From: Octopus bimaculoides
Taxonomy: Eukaryota
Direction of reading: 5' to 3'
Assembly: GCF_001194135.2 (NCBI RefSeq)
Contig: NC_068983.1
Coordinates: 70,179,273 to 70,243,272, forward strand
Length of the DNA: 64,000 nt
In this document: piece after piece, positions 26,920-37,279 of the stretch
Position numbering within the stretch: the stretch's first letter is position 1
Layout of the letters: each line of letters starts with the position of its first letter
The notes under the pieces: generated by a model
Told to the model about the DNA's origin: nothing
Database searches by the model: none
What the model saw: the letters and a program-made list of their open reading frames with translations, nothing else
Translations under genes and position numbers: made by a program

Positions 26920-28670
26920 AGATTACGGATCCTCAGTTCACAAAACTGGGGATGCTCCTGTTTTGCTGTCAGTTGCAGTACACTGCTGCCAAGACATCTC
27001 CAAACAAGTCTGTCATGGAATTGTAAAGCTCGTAGGGTAGACCATTTAAACCTGGTGATTTGTCCCTCGAGCATTCTGCCATTACGTCCCGCACTTTCGC
27101 CGCCATGATGGGAAGGCTGTGCAGTCAGGCAAAATGCTATTGAAAGGCCTCAGACATTTTTCTTGGCTTGAGGAATTCACACCTTTGTTCGTCTACCAGA
27201 GACCAAATAGTGGCTTTGTTGCCCTGTTGCACCTCTGCCACCCAGGCCTCTCACACAGCACCAACACCTTCGTTGCTTAGAGCATGCATCCTAGCCCTGA
27301 CAACACACTCTTTGTGTTTGGCGTTGAAGTGTTGGTCGAAGGTGAACCTCACTGCCAATACGGCAGATGCGATGCCACTTCTAAGCACCTCTTCTAGCTT
27401 CTTAACTAGGTCACCCTCTACTCTATCGCTATTGCTTTGCATTTTCTACCTTGTCTTATCGCTTCTAATCACTTCTGCTTTTATTGCTCTCTTGAGGGTA
27501 AACCACCATTTATTGTTGATGAAGGCTCCCTTCAAAGCCCTCTTTACTAGCGTGCTAATCTGGTCTCTAAAACCTGTCTCGACGGGAAAGACGCATTTAG
27601 TTTCCAGTAACCGGGACCCTGCTTATGTGTCTTATCTAAGTCTAGCATACACGTCACAAGTTTGTGATCCACGTAGCTGACTATGTGGAATTGTGGACAC
27701 CCTACGCTATCTCTATCTACTGTCCTACACAGCATCCTATCTAGATACGATCTCAATGACTGGATGCAGTTGCTCCATGTCCATGTTGGCACATTCAGGT
27801 GGTCGAGTCAGTACCTGTCAGACAATTGAAAACGTCTGAGCAGGTCTTTGAGGCATTTGCATCCCAATCTATTCCTATCTCTGCTCCCGTAGTCTAGATG
27901 CATGTCCAAGGTAGCATTCCAATAACACACTAAAAGTAAAAGACAAGACGTTCCTAGGAATACTTCTAGATGTCGAAAGAAATCTGGCCGACCTGTTAAA
28001 GGCAGTGCATAGACTGATACGAGTCGAAAAGCACACCCATTTCTGCTGTCGACATCCAGAACAATCAGTCTACCCTCCCAAGTCTACGAGTATTGTCTTT
28101 ACTTTGAGATCCAGACTCTTCCGAAAAAGTACCGCCCATTCTCAGCAGACAGGGTGAAAAATGAATGTTAAACTGTTCACCAAACATGGACTTTAGGGCC
28201 CATGGATTATGGAGTCTCGTCTCACTTATTTCAATGATTTCAAATTCATGTGACTTTATGTCGTTTAAGAGGTACCCTTGTTTCCAAAGGGACCCCCAAG
28301 TCATGCGCATTCACACAACAAATCCTGATCATAATCCTAATGATGTGTGTGTGTAAACACTAATGATAGGAACAGAGAGTCACTTACCATTGGAAGGTTT
28401 TTGTGTCTCCTCCTTCGGTTTTTCCTCGAGGAGATCACTATAAAGTGTTTTGGAAGAGTACTTCTGACATCTTCCAACTGCATTGGGGTAAATGGATTTT
28501 AGTGTGTGGTGCAAGGTTGGTGTGATGTGCAATATTTTGATGTGTTCTGGTGTTGTTGTGTATGGGTGGTTGCTTGTTTTTATGTCTTGGTGTGTCAGGT
28601 TTGTTTTTGTGTTGATGTAATCCATCAACTCTGTATTTTTCATGTTGATAGCAGTGAGCATTGTGCATGT
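26920..28670 (-). mobile_element. Decayed L1/Tx1-clade LINE fragment (putative ORF1 end, APE endonuclease, linker, start of RT)
   Basis: Minus strand MIRICCVNAHDLG...LLNDIKSHEFEIIEISETRLH, SYVDHKLV...GPGYWKLNAS, KSPGLNGLPYELY. Many stops and frameshifts; ends before the RT core. Confidence 0.75.
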
Positions 28671-28830
28671 GTTTGCTTTTAGACAGACAGATAGATAGAT
28701 AGATAGATAGATAGATATGTACTTCAGTCTACTTATTTCAAGCAGTCAAGAATTACAGTGTTATTTTGATATAGGGATTAGCACATATATATAGTTTACA
28801 ACAGATGCAGTATTTGAATACCAAAGTGAA

Positions 28831-29389
28831 TATAAAGAAAATAAGATAAGGTAGAAAATGCTAAAATAATTTTTTTATCATGAAGAACATTTTAGTTCCA
28901 GTGTCTGTTTTTGTGACTTTTTCAACTTAGAATAAAGCATGAAAAAAGATTAAATTGTGGAAAAATGAAATGAAATGTTTTTTAAAAATATTTCCCTAGT
29001 TTTCAAATGCAAGGGACATTTTCCTTTTTTCTATCTGCCTGTCTCTCTTTTTTACTCTTGTGAAGGCTTTGTAGCAGGTAGTAGATAGTAGCAGTCCTAA
29101 AAGAATATTTGATGTTTTAGGACTGCTACTACTTACCACCTCCTATGAAGCCTTCTCAAGAGTAAAAAAAAAAGAAAGAAAGAGACAGGCAGAAAAAAAG
29201 AAAATGTCCCTCACATTTGAAAACTAGGGAAATATTTAAAAAAAACATTTCATTTAATTTTCTAACAATTTAATTGTTTTTCATGCCTTACTCTAAATTG
29301 AAAAAGTCACAAAGACTGAAACCATTACTAAAACGTTCTTCATATTAAAACTATTTTAGCGTTTTCTACCTTGTCTTATTTTCCTTATA
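28831..29389. repeat. Long inverted repeat / foldback element: ~270-bp arms, 12-nt spacer
   Basis: 28831-29102 is an imperfect reverse complement of 29115-29389 (e.g. GTAGCAGTCCTAAAA / TTTTAGGACTGCTAC; AAATATTTCCCTAGTTTTCAAATG / CATTTGAAAACTAGGGAAATATTT). Confidence 0.9.
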
Positions 29390-29424
29390 CATATCAACTC
29401 ATGTGTTCCTTTTCAACCTTCTAC

Positions 29425-30075
29425 ATCATCATCATAATCGTTTAATGTCTGTTTTCCATGCTGGCATGGGTTGGATGGTTCTGGGAAGCCAGAAGGCTGC
29501 ACCAGGTTCCAGTCTGATCTGGCAGTGTTTCTATAGCTGGATGCCCTTCCTAACGCCAACCACTCTGAGAGTGTAGTGGGAGCTTTTTACGTGCCACCCA
29601 CACAGGGGCCAGAGGGGGCTCGCAACGACCACAATCGGGTGGTGCTTTTTACGTGCCACCTGCATGGAAGTCATTCAAGTCAGCATTGGCATCAGTATCT
29701 GAAAATCCTTTCTTAACTCTTCATTCCATGGCCTTTTGAGTCTACCCCTTCAACACATTCCCTCCTTAATTAGAGATCAGCACCTCTTGATGCAACCATC
29801 CTTAGCCATATCCATTACATGATCATACTAGTGCAGTCTTCTCTTGCACATGACACCTGATGTTTTGTATATTCAATTTTTCTTTCAAGTCACTTACACC
29901 CTGTCACACATGCACACTAACATTATCCATCCAGTGGAGCATGCTGGCTTCATTTCTTTCAAGTCTTTACATGTTGTCAGTATTCACAGCACATATCTCA
30001 CTGTCATGTAGCATAGCTGTTTGCACACAGGCATTATACAATCTATCTTTCACTCCGAGGGAGAGGCCCTTTCTT
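29425..30075 (-). mobile_element. RTE-clade LINE 3' fragment
   Basis: (ATC)n tail, GGATGCCCTTCCTAACGCCAACC motif, and reverse of the C-terminal coding region (...GAGAGGCCCTTT) shared with the other copies. Confidence 0.75.
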
Positions 30076-30899
30076 ACTTACATATCTGTTAGTACATATA
30101 TATANNNNNNNNNNNNNNNNNNNNNNNNNNNNNNNNNNNNNNNNNNNNNNNNNNNNNNNNNNNNNNNNNNNNNNNNNNNNNNNNNNNNNNNNNNNNNNNN
30201 NNNNNNNNNNNNNNNNNNNNNNNNNNNNNNNNNNNNNNNNNNNNNNNNNNNNNNNNNNNNNNNTATATATATATATATATATATATTTATACATATATAT
30301 ATATATATATGTATAGTAATAATAATGATAATAATCCATGGATGGAATTTATAAATATTTTAATGCATCGTTTTGTTCATTTCCACAAATCACATGTCCC
30401 TATGTTCATAGTCCATATTCCTGGGATGATTACAGTACAGTCTGTAGTATCCATGGACATTGGGTAGATTATATTCATGCGTCCATTTCTCAGGTGATAC
30501 GGCATTAATGTTAGAAGTAGTAGATGTATAACATATACATGATCATCATTTTAACATCAACTTTTCCTATTTGTATGGATCAGTTGGTTGCTTGAAGCAA
30601 ATTTTCTATAACTGTATGCTGTTCCTGTTGCCAATCTTCACCTATTTCCTAACAAGGTGATATTTTCCCTATGGTTGGACCTAAATTTACAGAAGATTGG
30701 AAGTAAAGGACACTGCATGCATAATAGTGATTCTCATTTGCAAATATTGTTTGACATCATGACAAGAAGGTGCATGTAGCCTCCCACCACACATACAAAT
30801 ATCCATACATTCATCTATCATACTGCCTATCTGTCTATCTACCTACTTACCTATCTGGCTGTCAGTCTGTGACATGTCTTTTTGTATATGATTCAAACT

Positions 30900-31230
30900 T
30901 AGACTCTGATGTCTTTATGAGGGTCATAGGTAGTGCTCAATTGAGCAATACATTTGTGTCACATAGAAATCATAATGCCCAGATAGGTAGTGATCTTGGA
31001 CACCAACCTCCTCTTATGACTTGTGTCATATGTCAAAAAACTTATTAGACAATATCTGGACTTAAAAGACATATGCTAGTTCACAAAAACATTCCTTCAG
31101 AATCAGATTCCAAAGGGCAAAGATATAGAAGAAACTTGAATAATATCTGTCACTTGTGTTTTAAACCCTGTTAGTCAGTAGCTGGTCATAAAAGTCATCT
31201 AAGAGCTCATCAATGGTGGAATTTTGCTGT
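30900..31230 (+). pseudogene. Two C2H2 zinc fingers in one frame, probably the C-terminus of an RTE-like LINE ORF
   Basis: MTCVICQKTY*TISGLKRHMLVH...NICHLCFKPC*SVAGHKSHLRAH; each finger carries an in-frame TAG. Confidence 0.6.
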
Positions 31231-33907
31231 GTGATGGTGTGTGTGTGTGTGTGTGTTGATGGGATGGCTATCATCTGTCAAGAGGAAGCAATTATCATCA
31301 TATCTACACACACACACACACACAAACATACATACACACACATGTATATATACACATACTGTATTTTAATGTGTATGAGGAACCATTTTTTTGTCTAAAA
31401 TTAGGTTAAAAAATATATGGGAGTTTCTAATGCATGGATAGTATTATAATCCCTTACAAAACTTTTTTACCAAACTTTAAGCCCCCCCCCCCAAAAAAAA
31501 AATTAGGGTGTTCCTTATACATGTTAAAATACAGTATATATGTATATATATATATATGTATACACCTTTATGTTGATACTTATATATTTTGCAGAACAGA
31601 TATGCTCATATATTGGAATTTTATGATGTTTGATAGAGATCCGTATCATAGCGAGAGAAATGACATCATTTTTAAAACATTTCTTTTTGAGGAGGTTGAG
31701 ATATTTTATATTTCTTTTTTTTTTTTTATATATATATATTTGGCAGTTTTGAGTAGGCAGCAAAAGTTTGCCAGATATTATCCTTAAATTCTTTAATGCT
31801 ATAAGTTGTTGTTATTCTCTTTTATACCAAGATTAACCTGACTGGGCAGAACTATAATTTAAGGACTTCCAGATATGGTGTATATATCTTTAAATAATCC
31901 AACATATTTAATTTTTTTTCTTTTTTGCATTAGATTGTGTGCATTGTTTATTTTTATAGAGATTTAAGTTGATATTTCTTACAGGTTGAACAACCATGTA
32001 GGGTTTCTTTTTCTCATTGAATCTGCCCTTCTTTAAGTTTGACACATTAGTCTTATATTCTTAAGATCTAAATAGCAAGAGAAAAGAATTCAGAATAAAT
32101 ATTTAAAGAAATATATTAAATAAATTTCATTTCAAAATTCTAGTGTTGATCGCATCATCCTCATCCTCATCCTCATCATCATCATCACCAACATCATCAT
32201 CACCAACATCATTATCATCATCATTGTCAATAACAACAGCAGCAACTACAACATCAGCATCATCATCATCATTGTTTTACATGTTTTCCTTTGCCAGCAT
32301 GAGTTGGGTAGGTTTTTTGCAGTAGTGTTTTACAGAAATATGCCCTTCTTGCTGCTAAATCTTTTAGTCTCCTCTTATGGCATTCAGGGACACAGTGCAC
32401 CTATTCCAAACATAACAGGATATACATGATGAGATTCTAGAACTTTTCGTGCTGTTACTAGGCAAATTAATAGCAATACATTTATTGCTACTTTGTTAAA
32501 CACAGTATTTCAAACAATTCAATTTAATCTCTGTTTGTCATCAAGTGATTTATAGAAGTAGTGTTGGTAAAGTCATTAAAATGTTACATAAAATGCCTTG
32601 CAGTGTTTGTGCTGGGTTTCGAAACTCCGAGTTCAAATCCTCCCATGTCGTCTTTTTTATCATCCCTGTGGTTAATAAATAAAATACCAATTAAGTGCTG
32701 GGGGTTAAGATTTCCTCTCTCTCTTCTTTCTCTCCTACTCACTCCCTCTTTCAGCTTTCAATCTCCCTTCCACATTTTTCTTCCCTCTCCCTCCTGCTCT
32801 CCTCTCCCTCCTGCTCTCCTCTCCCTCCTGCTCTCCTCCCCTCCTGCTCTCCTCTCCCTCCTACTCTCCTCTCCTTCCTGCTCTCCTCTCCCTNNNNNNN
32901 NNNNNNNNNNNNNNNNNNNNNNNNNNNNNNNNNNNNNNNNNNNNNNNNNNNNNNNNNNNNNNNNNNNNNNNNNGGTTAAGATTTCCTCTCTCTCTTCTTT
33001 CTCTCCTACTCACTCCCTCTTTCAGCTTTCAATCTCCCTTCCACATTTTTCTTCCCTCTCCCTCCTGCTCTCCTCTCCCTCCTGCTCTCCTTCCTCCCAT
33101 ATCTCCCCTTCCTTCCTTTTCTCCTTCCTTCTTCTCACTAAATTCCTTCTCTGTTTGTCTGTCTGTCTCTCTCTCTCTCTCTACCCAATTCCTTCTCTGT
33201 CTGTCTCTCTCCCTCTCTCTCTCCCTCTCTCTCCCCCCCTCTCTCTCTCCCTCCCTCTCTCTCTCTCAGACTCATTTACATGGTGAGGTCAAGAGCTTAA
33301 AAGAGCCAGTGTATAGTGGCACCAACTTAGAATCCAGTCCGAGTGTCAAGTTCAGACCAAAATTATTGCCATAAATAAACTTGAATGCCACTTATCATTT
33401 TAAGAGTGTTGTCCTTTGTATACTATAATCCAGTTCTCCATCAGTTAAATGGTTTATGTTTCTGGTATTGGTTTGTTGTTGCTGTTTAGCTCCAGATTCA
33501 CTCGGGTTGAACAAACTGTGACCAACACAATGCATTCTTTTTGTATCTAAAACTACAATGTCTTCTTTTTCTTCTTGGAGATGGTAAGGTGTGATTTGAA
33601 GAAATTTGGTTGCTATTTCTAGTTCTTTGAGCAACTGTGAAGTAGTTCCCTTGTTGTCTCTAAATGTGGTATAGTGTATTAAGAGTATTGAAAACTATGT
33701 GCAATAATAGTTTATGAGTTCAACCCCAACTGGGTTACATGTACATATACATATATATCATTTAATGGCAAATTCAAAACCTGTTTTAGACTTTCTGTCT
33801 ATCTGCCTGTCTCTGTCTGTCTGTCTCTGTCTGTCTGTCTCTGTCTGTCTGTCTCTGCCTGTCTGTCTCTGTCTGTCTGTCTCTGCCTGTCTGTCTCTGT
33901 CTGTCTT

Positions 33908-33948
<41 letters not shown>

Positions 33949-35625
33949 CTCTCTTTCTCTGTCTGTCTGTATATTATTTAAGTTAATTTTTGGAAGTTCA
34001 AGACATTTAAAATGAATTTTAAAAGTATATTAGAAGTTTCTAAATTTTACCAGAGCAAATTATGCATTTGTAATTATGTGCTGTTGTTTGTTATTTATTC
34101 ATTAAATACTGGGTTAAGTGTTTGTTAGAAATTAAATTATTTCAAAATAATAATGTTTTTCTTCTGTTATGTAAATGCTTTATATTAAATCAGTATGATT
34201 ACACTATTGATCTCCTGGGACAAAGAACTTTTGATTGATTTTTAAACCATTATTAATATTCAAAACGTTTTGTGTATTTAATTTCTTATTGCATCTCTAC
34301 CAAGGAAGATGGTGTTGGTGATGGTAGGAGGGGTAATATTTCAAGATCCTAAATTTATTACTTGTTATAAAAGGAAAGAATATCTGTTCAATATGACATA
34401 TGGAAGTCAATTGTTTGGTGTTTCTGAAATTGTAATAATTAATATATATCAATATTTTATATCTGCTTGCCACATGCCAAAGTTAATTGTTATTTTAGAT
34501 GTAAATTTCCATGCCATTCTAAACAAAAGGACTGGGTAATTAGGCTAAGAAGGACATAATGAAATAGAAAATGTACTCTTTCACCTATTGGGTTTAGGTA
34601 CTGTATTGGTATGGGCTGTGGTTTGAGCATCAGGCTCACAGTCATGAGATTGTGCGTTTGATTCCTGGACCAGGCTGTGTGTTGTGTTCTCCAGCAAGAC
34701 ACTTTATTTTATGTTATTCTAATTCACTCAGCTGTAGAAATGAGTTGTGGTGTCACTGGTGCCAAGATGTATTGGACTTTGCTTTTCCCTTGGATAACGT
34801 TGGTGGCATGGAGAGGGGAGGCTGGTATGCATTGGTGATTGTTGGCCTTCCATTAACAACCTTACCTGGACTCGTGCCTTGGAGGGTAACTTTCTAGGTG
34901 CAATCCCACGGTCATTCGTGACCGAAGGGGGTCTCTGATATATATATATCTACATATGAACAGTTCTACCCTCTGTCTATATCCATCTTTCATTTTTTCC
35001 TATTGTCCCTGATTCTCCTGTATCAACTCTCTCTTTTATTCACCTTTCTTGGACATGTTACCATGAAAATGCATTCTGTTAATTCTTCACCATATTTACA
35101 TATTTATATCCTTTTTGGTATCACTCCAACCTCCCCCCATTGCCCCATATAAAATGTGAGGAAGCCTTTACATCAGTGAATTTGTATCTGCTCTTCTCAT
35201 AATACTTTATTCTCCCAACTCCTCTCTTAAATTGACCACCCTGTCTCATATCCTCTTTTTCAGTTAAGACTAAAATTTCTTGTGTTCTTCTAGTCAGGTG
35301 ATACAAAAATACACCCAGTACACTTTGTAAAATGGATGGTGTTGGGAAGGGCATCCATAGAAACCACATCAAAACAGAAACATTGGAGCAAGACATGGTT
35401 CTGCAACTCATTGGAGCATGTCAAATCCATGACAGCAATGATGATGATGATGACGATGATGATGATGCTGATGGTGGCAGAGGTATCAGTGGTGGTGTTG
35501 ATGACGATGACGACGACAATGACCGGCTTGATATAAGGCTGGTGAGAGCAACACAAAACCCTCACCTCTTAAGTTACTTTTATATCTTCAAAGAAATACA
35601 TACATATATACATACAATCATATTT

Positions 35626-36060
35626 TGCCATGTTGGCTTGGCGATAACTATTAATTTCCAATACTGCTGCTGTAGTCTCCTTTAGAGAGACTTAGAAATA
35701 TTAATAACTCTATTTCTGAAAACCAGTGGATAGATTCCACTGAAATTAGATAAATAAGCTTCGAACAGATAGTCAGCAGCGCCGCCTGGCTGGAGCTTGG
35801 CTGCTCTGCATTGACAAGGGGCAACACCCTGAAACTAGTCTGCAGATGCCAAACCAGCAAGGGGAAACTGCTGACCTCCCCTGTTCGAAGGTTATAAAGG
35901 ACACAGGTTTCGTGTGTCACATAGCTAGCTAGAGGCGATGGCTTCTTGGAGCTAATTCACGGCAGCTTTCATCCTAATTTTGGGACTGCCATGTTGGCTT
36001 GGCGATAACTATTAATTTCCAATACTGCTGCTGTAGTCTCCTTTAGAGAGACTTAGAAAT
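35626..36060 (+). mobile_element. 361-bp tandem repeat unit carrying a type I hammerhead ribozyme (candidate non-LTR retrozyme), one full unit plus 74 nt of a second before a gap
   Basis: 35626-35699 is repeated identically at 35987-36060 on the same side of the N gap. The unit is CpG-rich, contains many hairpins and a hammerhead core at 35806-35845. Confidence 0.72.
35806..35845 (+). ncRNA. Minimal type I hammerhead ribozyme, U3-A8 core variant
   Basis: CTGCA (stem I) - TTGACAA (core 3-9) - GGGG/CAACA/CCCT (stem II) - GAAAC - TA - GTC (cleavage triplet, predicted cut after 35840) - TGCAG (stem I). Stem III is the palindrome ACTAGT. Confidence 0.75.
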
Positions 36061-36107
36061 NNNNNNNNNNNNNNNNNNNNNNNNNNNNNNNNNNAACCAT
36101 ATTTATA

Positions 36108-36316
36108 CAGTTCTATATTTAAGAGATGAGGAATTATGCACATTGTTTACATTATTTACATTTGACAGATATTTGTCCTCATCTTGTTTGTTGTTAACAC
36201 AATGTTTCAGCTGATATACCCTCCAGCCTCATGGCATATAGCGCAGTGGTTAAGAGTGCAGGCTGCTAACCCCAAGATTCTGAGTTCAATTCCCGGCAGT
36301 AACCTGAATAATGATG

Positions 36317-36356
<40 letters not shown>

Positions 36357-36511
36357 TAATAACATCGAAAAATACCTTAGGAATGAGAACCCAGGTTCGA
36401 AATTTCCCCAAGACACCTGATGAAGGCTGGAGGGTATATCAGCTGAAATGTTGTGTTAACAACAAACAAGATGATGACAAATATCTGTCTAATGTAAATA
36501 ATATAAATAAT
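36108..36511 (+). mobile_element. Composite SINE-like element: inverted arm + tRNA-like head + (TAA)n + Penelope-type hammerhead tail
   Basis: A-box TAGCGCAGTGG (~36239) and B-box GAGTTCAATTCC (~36282), (TAA)n 36308-36362, hammerhead 36412-36457. About 36146-36232 is the reverse complement of about 36420-36510. Possible flanking direct repeat CATATTTATA (36098-36107 / 36512-36521). Confidence 0.65.
36412..36457 (+). ncRNA. Penelope-type minimal hammerhead motif (CpG-decayed copy)
   Basis: GACAC-CTGATGA-A-GGCTGG-AGGGTATA-TCAGCT-GAAATGTT-GTGTT. Other copies read CAGCCGAAACATT, so the inferred consensus is ...CAGCC GAAACGTT GTGT with palindromic ACGT stem III. Confidence 0.65.
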
Positions 36512-36924
36512 CATATTTATATCTGTACGTATAAATATATATGTATCATCATCGTCCTTTAATGTCTGCTTTCCATGCTGGCATGGGTTGGATGGTTTGA
36601 CAGGAACTGGCTAGCTGGGGAGCTGCCGAGGTTCCATTTGTCTGTTTTGTTTAATTTTTCCTACTGGATACTCTTCCTAACATTAGCCACTTCACAGAGT
36701 GTACTGGTTGCATTTTATGTGACACCAGCATTGGTGCTTTTACATGGCATAGACGTGGGCACCTCTACATATCACTGGCATGGATGCTTTTACATTGCGC
36801 TGGCATGGGTACTTGTTTATGGCACCAGCATGAATGCTTTTTATGTGAGACTGGCACCATATATTTATACATATATGTATTCAAATATGAATTACACACA
36901 AGCACGCACGCACACACACTCACT

Positions 36925-36962
<38 letters not shown>

Positions 36963-37006
36963 CACACACACACACGTATACGGTCAAACTCACACTACAG
37001 AGAATT

Positions 37007-37171
37007 ATGAGGAATTATGTACATTATTTACATTGGATGGATATTTGTCCTCATCTTGTTTGTTGTTAACACAATGTTTCGGCTGATATACCCTCCAGCC
37101 TTCATGTCATATGGCATAGTGGTTAAGAGTGCAGGCTACTAACCCCAAGTTTCTGAGTTCAATTCCAGGCA
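37007..37171 (+). mobile_element. Second, truncated copy of the inverted-arm + tRNA-head composite
   Basis: Same arm (...ACAATGTTTCGGCTGATATACCCTCCAGCCTTCAT) joined to the same head (ATGGCATAGTGGTTAAGAGTGCAGGCTACTAACCCCAAG...GAGTTCAATTCCAGGC). Confidence 0.65.
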
Positions 37172-37279
37172 TGTAAAACTCAATGACAAGATGATTAGTG
37201 GCACAGTAATTGGAAATTATGCAGGTACTGTACCAAAGAGTTGCTTAAAGGAATAATGAGGAGAAATCAGAAAGGGTGA

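Noticed and set aside
28380-28400. Minus-strand splice donor (AATG|GTAAGT) suggesting an antisense exon
   Set aside because: Falls at the ORF1/ORF2 boundary of the Tx1-like LINE; no acceptor or homology support.
32700-33090. ~130-bp direct repeat and 241-aa Ser/Leu/Pro ORF
   Set aside because: Copies flank an N gap in a CT-rich tract; assembly overlap and low complexity.
35955-36010. Possible twister or HDV-like ribozyme elsewhere in the 361-bp unit (GTCCCAAA on minus; GGCGATAA on plus)
   Set aside because: Required pseudoknot partners could not be found; only the hammerhead fits fully.
36236-36300. tRNA gene
   Set aside because: A and B boxes present but no complete cloverleaf or acceptor stem; treated as SINE head. 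The same applies to the other tRNA-like heads.
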